Shown: one piece after another, positions 59,895 through 64,000 of the stretch
Layout of the letters: each line of letters starts with the position of its first letter
Numbering within the stretch: position 1 is the stretch's first letter
NCBI GenBank assembly: GCA_963703185.1
Contig: OY969795.1
Location: 375,968-439,967, forward strand
Length of the DNA stretch: 64,000 nt
Origin: an uncultured Parachlamydiaceae bacterium
GTDB lineage: Bacteria > Chlamydiota > Chlamydiia > Chlamydiales > Parachlamydiaceae
Direction: 5' to 3'
The notes under the pieces: model-generated
The model's input: only the letters and a program-made list of their open reading frames with translations
What the model was told of the DNA's origin: nothing
Database searches by the model: none
Translations under genes and position numbers: made by a program

Positions 59895-60421
59895 AACTAA
59901 TATTATTTTTTCTTTTAATACTTTTGAGTTCCTGTTTTGAGAATCAGCAACATAAATCTCAGCAACATGCATGCAAAATGAGAAATGAGGTTATAAGTAT
60001 CTTAACAAAACGACATAAAATGGAATCAACGGAACTCAGTTGTGGTGGCATGTTTGATTGTGTCCAAGATCTTTCTCTTACATTTGAAATCGAAGGACCA
60101 AAAACTAAAGAAGAATTAAGAAGGATCATGGTCGATTCTTTAGAAACTTTTCTCAAGGCTATTAATAATGATAAACAATTACGGCCCTATCTTATTATAT
60201 ATCCTTTTAGCATAAAACAAATTTATTTAACAATTTTTGTAAGAGATAAAGACCAATATTATATTTGGCATCCAGAAATTAGAAGAGTATCAATGCACCT
60301 GAATGGAATTACATATATAACTTATGATCAAGAGTACAACCGAACTGAGTTTGTTGAGACATATGAGGAAGCAAAAAAAATAATTAAATCAGAAAATCAA
60401 CATCCCAACAACATTAAATGA
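59885..60421 (+). CDS. Lipoprotein, candidate immunity protein 1
   Basis: Lipobox LLILLSS|C. The start (59873 or 59885) overlaps the rhs stop codon at 59892-59894. Confidence 0.6.
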   Translation: MQIKLILFFLLILLSSCFENQQHKSQQHACKMRNEVISILTKRHKMESTELSCGGMFDCVQDLSLTFEIEGPKTKEELRRIMVDSLETFLKAINNDKQLRPYLIIYPFSIKQIYLTIFVRDKDQYYIWHPEIRRVSMHLNGITYITYDQEYNRTEFVETYEEAKKIIKSENQHPNNIK

Positions 60422-60422
60422 C

Positions 60423-60989
60423 ATGCATACAATTATTTTTGTTTTTCTAAGTTTGTTTATTATTAAATCTTGTGGTTATAATTACATGCCTATAAGGCAT
60501 AACGCACATCCTGCATACCATGAATCTCAAAGTGCTTGGGAGAAATTTGCAATTACAATGAGTAAAAGATATCAATTAAATATTTTAAATTATGCGCCTT
60601 GTTATTTTAAGCCAGATCCGAAGTTCTGGGGAGTTTTGTTCTCAAATTCCGATTTTATAACAATCGATCAAGCAAGATTTGTCATGGTTGACCTAGTTAA
60701 AAATTATTTAAATTTAATCTACCAAGATCCATCTTTTAAAGAGAGGCTTTTGGACTATCCTTCGCAAAAAGAAATCAATATTAAGACTATTGAACAATAT
60801 TTGGGCATAAAGGTTGCAACATGGGATAAAGATGTAAATCGGCCGATGCGTCCTTATATCGCTGACATGATTTATCAAAATGGTTCTATTTCCTATTTTT
60901 ATGCTAATCCGGATACTCAAGCTTTGGAACTTGCCCTTACAGAAACTTTTGGTGAGGCTATTCAAATCCTCAAAACACAAAATCAATAA
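60423..60989 (+). CDS. Lipoprotein, candidate immunity protein 2 (distant paralog of the preceding gene)
   Basis: Lipobox LFIIKS|C. Starts 1 nt after the previous stop. Co-linear motifs with the previous gene (..MVD...L..I..D, G.I.Y...D, ET.eEA..I). Confidence 0.6.
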   Translation: MHTIIFVFLSLFIIKSCGYNYMPIRHNAHPAYHESQSAWEKFAITMSKRYQLNILNYAPCYFKPDPKFWGVLFSNSDFITIDQARFVMVDLVKNYLNLIYQDPSFKERLLDYPSQKEINIKTIEQYLGIKVATWDKDVNRPMRPYIADMIYQNGSISYFYANPDTQALELALTETFGEAIQILKTQNQ

Positions 60990-61053
60990 TAAGTTATCCA
61001 CATTCGTGGTGAATATAATAGATGGATAAATTAATGAAAATAAAACTATCAAT

Positions 61054-62001
61054 AGACTTCTTTCAAAACTCCCTAGTCAACTCTAAATTGTGAATTCCTG
61101 CGATCAAATTGAATCGCAAACCAAATCTCTTTCTTCGATTCCTATATCTGTCACTTATAATTTTAAATCTTTTTAAACTCCCTATCACATTCTCGTTCAC
61201 AACCCTTTCAGAAGATATTTCTCTATTTTGTTTTTTCTCTTCTACTGTTAGAGGCTTCTTCTTACTGGATTTTTTTGGAAGCCTTGAATTGCTCTGTAAT
61301 TTCTTTATTCCTGTGTATCCACTGTCCGTTATTCCACAACGATCTTTTGTCCACCGTACTCTGCTTTCTTTAAACAATTTAAAGTCGTGCTTCTTCCCAT
61401 TACTAAAATTTGTACAAATTACTTTTTTTGTTCTCTTATCTACAACAATCTGGCTCTTTATTGTATGTCTTTTCTTCTTACCTGAATAAAAATGTTTCTG
61501 CTTATTGTTCCGATTTTTTATTTTCTGCTTTTGTCTGACTTTTTTTTAGGGCGTTCTATTGGCGTTTCAGATGCATCTATAAGCAGAACTTCATATTCCA
61601 TATCACTTTTTAAAAGAGCTTTACGCCCTGGCAAAGCAAATGCGGGGTCTTTAATCAAAGTGTTCTCTACCCAGCGTACAATTTTGTATGCCACGCTTTC
61701 ACTTACTCCATAGCTTGTTGCTATATGAAAATAAGTCCTATATTCTCTAATGTATTCTAGAGCCATAAGCAGCCGATCTTCAATCGATAACCTACTCTTA
61801 CGTCCACCTCGAGTTTTTTTCTTCTGATCCGCTTCCCTTAAAATCTCGACCATTTTTTTAAACGTACTTTTTTTAACCCCTGTTAATCTGCGAAATTGTT
61901 CATCTGAGAATTCTTCTATTTGATCGTATTTCATTGATACCTCCACAAAGGCATCATATATACATTAAATTTTTTCAAAACGCTAGTTTTGAAAGAAGTC
62001 T
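61054..62001. mobile_element. IS5-family-like insertion sequence, 948 bp, copy 2 (inverted)
   Basis: Same ends as copy 1. 3-bp direct repeat AAT at 61051-61053 and 62002-62004. Confidence 0.85.
61063..61934 (-). CDS. DDE transposase with -1 frameshift, copy 2
   Basis: orfA is identical to copy 1. orfB differs at two residues (KIFK to KRFK, RKGFG to RKRFG). The heptamer is at 61539-61545 on the minus strand. Confidence 0.75.
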
Positions 62002-62202
62002 AATATTTGACGTAGCTCAATCAGCATAGGCGCATTGCTGGCTATGCAATGCCGCCGTAAAATTAGCTTTTATAATAAATCGATTGTCTTATTGCTTAAA
62101 TTGCTTGCTTTGACTTGATTTTATTTTATTTTCTAATAAATGCTACAATCAAATTATAAAAACAAGAGATTCTTGTTTATAAAGGCAACTTACCTCAGCT
62201 TT

Positions 62203-64000
62203 ATGAGCAGTTGCCAATATTTTTATGATTTGCAAGGTAATAAATCAAAAGTTGTGGAAAAAGTGGTCGCTCACAATTCACCCGACCGAGAAATTATCAC
62301 CCGTTGGACCTACGACTGCATGAAACGTGTCACACTTTGCACAGATGCTTGCGGAACACCTGAACAAATGTCTACACACTATCGCTATCTTCCAAATGGC
62401 ACCCTTGCCGGCATCGCCAAAGGCAACAGCGTTGAACTTTTGCATGAATATGATGCCCTTGGCAGACTTGTTTCTTTTCGAGGATCAGATCATTCATTCC
62501 ACTATATCTATACCTATGATCTCAACAATAATCCGATTCAAGTTAAGGATTTGATCAATCAAACCGAAATCAATCGATCGTTTGATGATAACAATCGTCT
62601 GCGCGAAGAACTTTTACCTAATAAACTACTTTCAAAGTACACCTACGACCGAATCGGCCGAGTGGTTAAACTACAGCTGCCGGATAGTAGTTTTATTGAG
62701 TACGATTATCAAGGGCTTCTTTTACAGCATATTCATCGCAAAGACAAAAGCGGCGCGATCAAATATACGCATACCTATGATCAATACGATCAAAGTCACA
62801 ATTTGTTAGCCATGACCTTGCCTGGAAATGCCGGAAAAGTCGCTTTTGATTATGACTGCCTGAACCAACCCACATCGATTCACGCGCCGCAATGGAATGA
62901 AATCGCGCATGATTATGATGCTGTAGGCAATGTCCTTCAAAAAACCTCCACTGATTCTTTAGGCGCTTACACCAGTCAGTTTGCCTATGATGGGATGTAT
63001 CAGCTCATTTCGGAAAGAGGAGTCTTTTCACACGATTACACAAATGACTCCGTTTATAATCACATTCAAAAAGATGGGCATTCACAGCAGTTTAATGCGC
63101 TTAATCAGTTGCTCGCAGATGCGACTTCAACCTACGAGTATGACGCAAATGGAAACTTGAAAAGTCTGATTAGGAACTCTGAAAAACAAACATTTGATTA
63201 CGATGCCCTTGGAAGACTCACACGGGTCACTACACAGGATAAACAATATTGCTATCAATATGATGCTTTTAACCGCCGCATGAGTAAAACATGCCTCGCA
63301 TGGAATGGAGAGGCGTGGGCAAAGGTGAATCAAGAGTTATACCTCTATAACGGCGGAAATGAAATCGGGTCGACAAATGAAAAGACCGAACTGCAGGAAC
63401 TGCGCGTTTTGGGAATGATCAAACAGATCGAACAAGGATCTAACGCCGCGATTGAACTGCAAGAAGAAGTGTTGGTGCCGATTAATGATCTTCGCGGAAA
63501 TACCGCCTGTCTTGTTGACCTTGAAGGCAAAGTCGTTGAATTTTATCGGTATAGTTCTTATGGAGATGAGGAAATCTACGATGCCTCAGGGCAGGTTGTT
63601 AAACACAGCCGCAACCCTTGGCGCTTTGCCGGAAAACGAAAAGACGCCGAAACCGGCTTCATCTTTTTTGGAGAACGCTATTATTCCACGCATACCTATA
63701 GCTGGATCACTCCCGATCCCATTCATCATGAAGGAGGTCCAAATCTCTATGCCTATGTAATGCATAATCCCCTATCTGTCTGGGATTCATATGGAGAAAC
63801 TGGTGAATATATCTTTCCCTATCTTCCCCCTTCATTATATGAGCTGGCATGGCCCTGCAGAGCTTTTTGCCTGACTGGAGATAGCGGCTATTCCATGCCG
63901 TACCTCCCTGATTTTGAACATTTCGCAGACGAAAAATCTCATTGTTTTGATCTCGGACGATATGAACTGCCAGACTTCAGAATTACTTTTGCCAATGGAA
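62203..64000 (+). CDS. Orphan rhs 3' fragment (YD repeats, core end and start of toxin domain), runs off window end
   Basis: 62218-64000 matches 57498-59280 with about ten substitutions. The frame is open from an in-frame ATG at 62140 or 62203 to the window end. It is absent from the ORF track because it has no stop in the window. Confidence 0.7.
   Translation, partial: MSSCQYFYDLQGNKSKVVEKVVAHNSPDREIITRWTYDCMKRVTLCTDACGTPEQMSTHYRYLPNGTLAGIAKGNSVELLHEYDALGRLVSFRGSDHSFHYIYTYDLNNNPIQVKDLINQTEINRSFDDNNRLREELLPNKLLSKYTYDRIGRVVKLQLPDSSFIEYDYQGLLLQHIHRKDKSGAIKYTHTYDQYDQSHNLLAMTLPGNAGKVAFDYDCLNQPTSIHAPQWNEIAHDYDAVGNVLQKTSTDSLGAYTSQFAYDGMYQLISERGVFSHDYTNDSVYNHIQKDGHSQQFNALNQLLADATSTYEYDANGNLKSLIRNSEKQTFDYDALGRLTRVTTQDKQYCYQYDAFNRRMSKTCLAWNGEAWAKVNQELYLYNGGNEIGSTNEKTELQELRVLGMIKQIEQGSNAAIELQEEVLVPINDLRGNTACLVDLEGKVVEFYRYSSYGDEEIYDASGQVVKHSRNPWRFAGKRKDAETGFIFFGERYYSTHTYSWITPDPIHHEGGPNLYAYVMHNPLSVWDSYGETGEYIFPYLPPSLYELAWPCRAFCLTGDSGYSMPYLPDFEHFADEKSHCFDLGRYELPDFRITFANG

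Noticed and set aside
45177-62001. Composite transposon formed by the two inverted IS5-like copies, mobilising rhs and neighbours
   Set aside because: Each copy has its own matching 3-bp duplication (ATT/ATT and AAT/AAT), and the outer flanks do not match each other. The pair did not insert as a unit.
62110-62149. Sigma-70 promoter ttgact...tacaat upstream of the orphan rhs fragment
   Set aside because: The -35-like and -10-like hexamers are 28 bp apart, too far for a standard promoter. Only the extended -10-like TGCTACAAT is retained as a weak hint in the finding.
1-64000. tRNA, rRNA, tmRNA or prophage/defence-island signatures
   Set aside because: Scanning the intergenic regions by eye gave no cloverleaf-like GC-rich segments (no T-loop GGTTCGAAT-type motifs) and no rRNA-like conserved blocks. 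No phage structural genes, restriction-modification genes or known defence gene sets were seen. Absence by eye is not proof.

Overview
This is a low-GC bacterial chromosome segment. Its gene content looks like an amoeba-associated member of the Chlamydiae (Parachlamydiaceae-like). That assignment is an inference from a long-form IspG, a Lys/Arg/Ala-rich histone-like protein, a cysteine-rich outer-membrane protein, PpdK, and eukaryote-like F-box, BTB and possibly RGS-like proteins. No database search was possible. The window has three parts. (1) 1-20600 is an insertion-sequence graveyard. It holds an IS66-family element (tnpA-tnpB-tnpC) carrying two nested IS1634/IS4-like insertions, a truncated third IS1634-like paralog, and an IS21 (istAB). 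About 5.8 kb of this mosaic occurs twice (1-5792 = 10181-15972). The IS elements surround an F-box gene with five perfect 60-bp coding repeats, two reverse-transcriptase tail remnants, and a heavily decayed FKBP-domain gene. (2) 21400-43900 is mostly housekeeping: ispG, rplU-rpmA-obg, rho, coaE, polA, sppA, ppdK, hemH. A BTB protein and a possible RGS-like protein are interspersed. (3) 45177-64000 contains two inverted copies of a 948-bp IS5-like element. Between them lie brnQ, ridA, an ABC exporter, candidate membrane or effector proteins, and the most interesting locus in the window. That locus is a Sec-signal-bearing Rhs/YD-repeat polymorphic toxin, split by a frameshift in a T8 run. It has a C-terminal domain that looks like an alpha/beta hydrolase and is followed by two paralogous lipoprotein genes that are candidate immunity proteins. 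A near-identical orphan copy of the rhs 3' end lies beyond the second IS. No rRNA, tRNA or CRISPR was recognised. All calls are by eye from the sequence and the ORF track.
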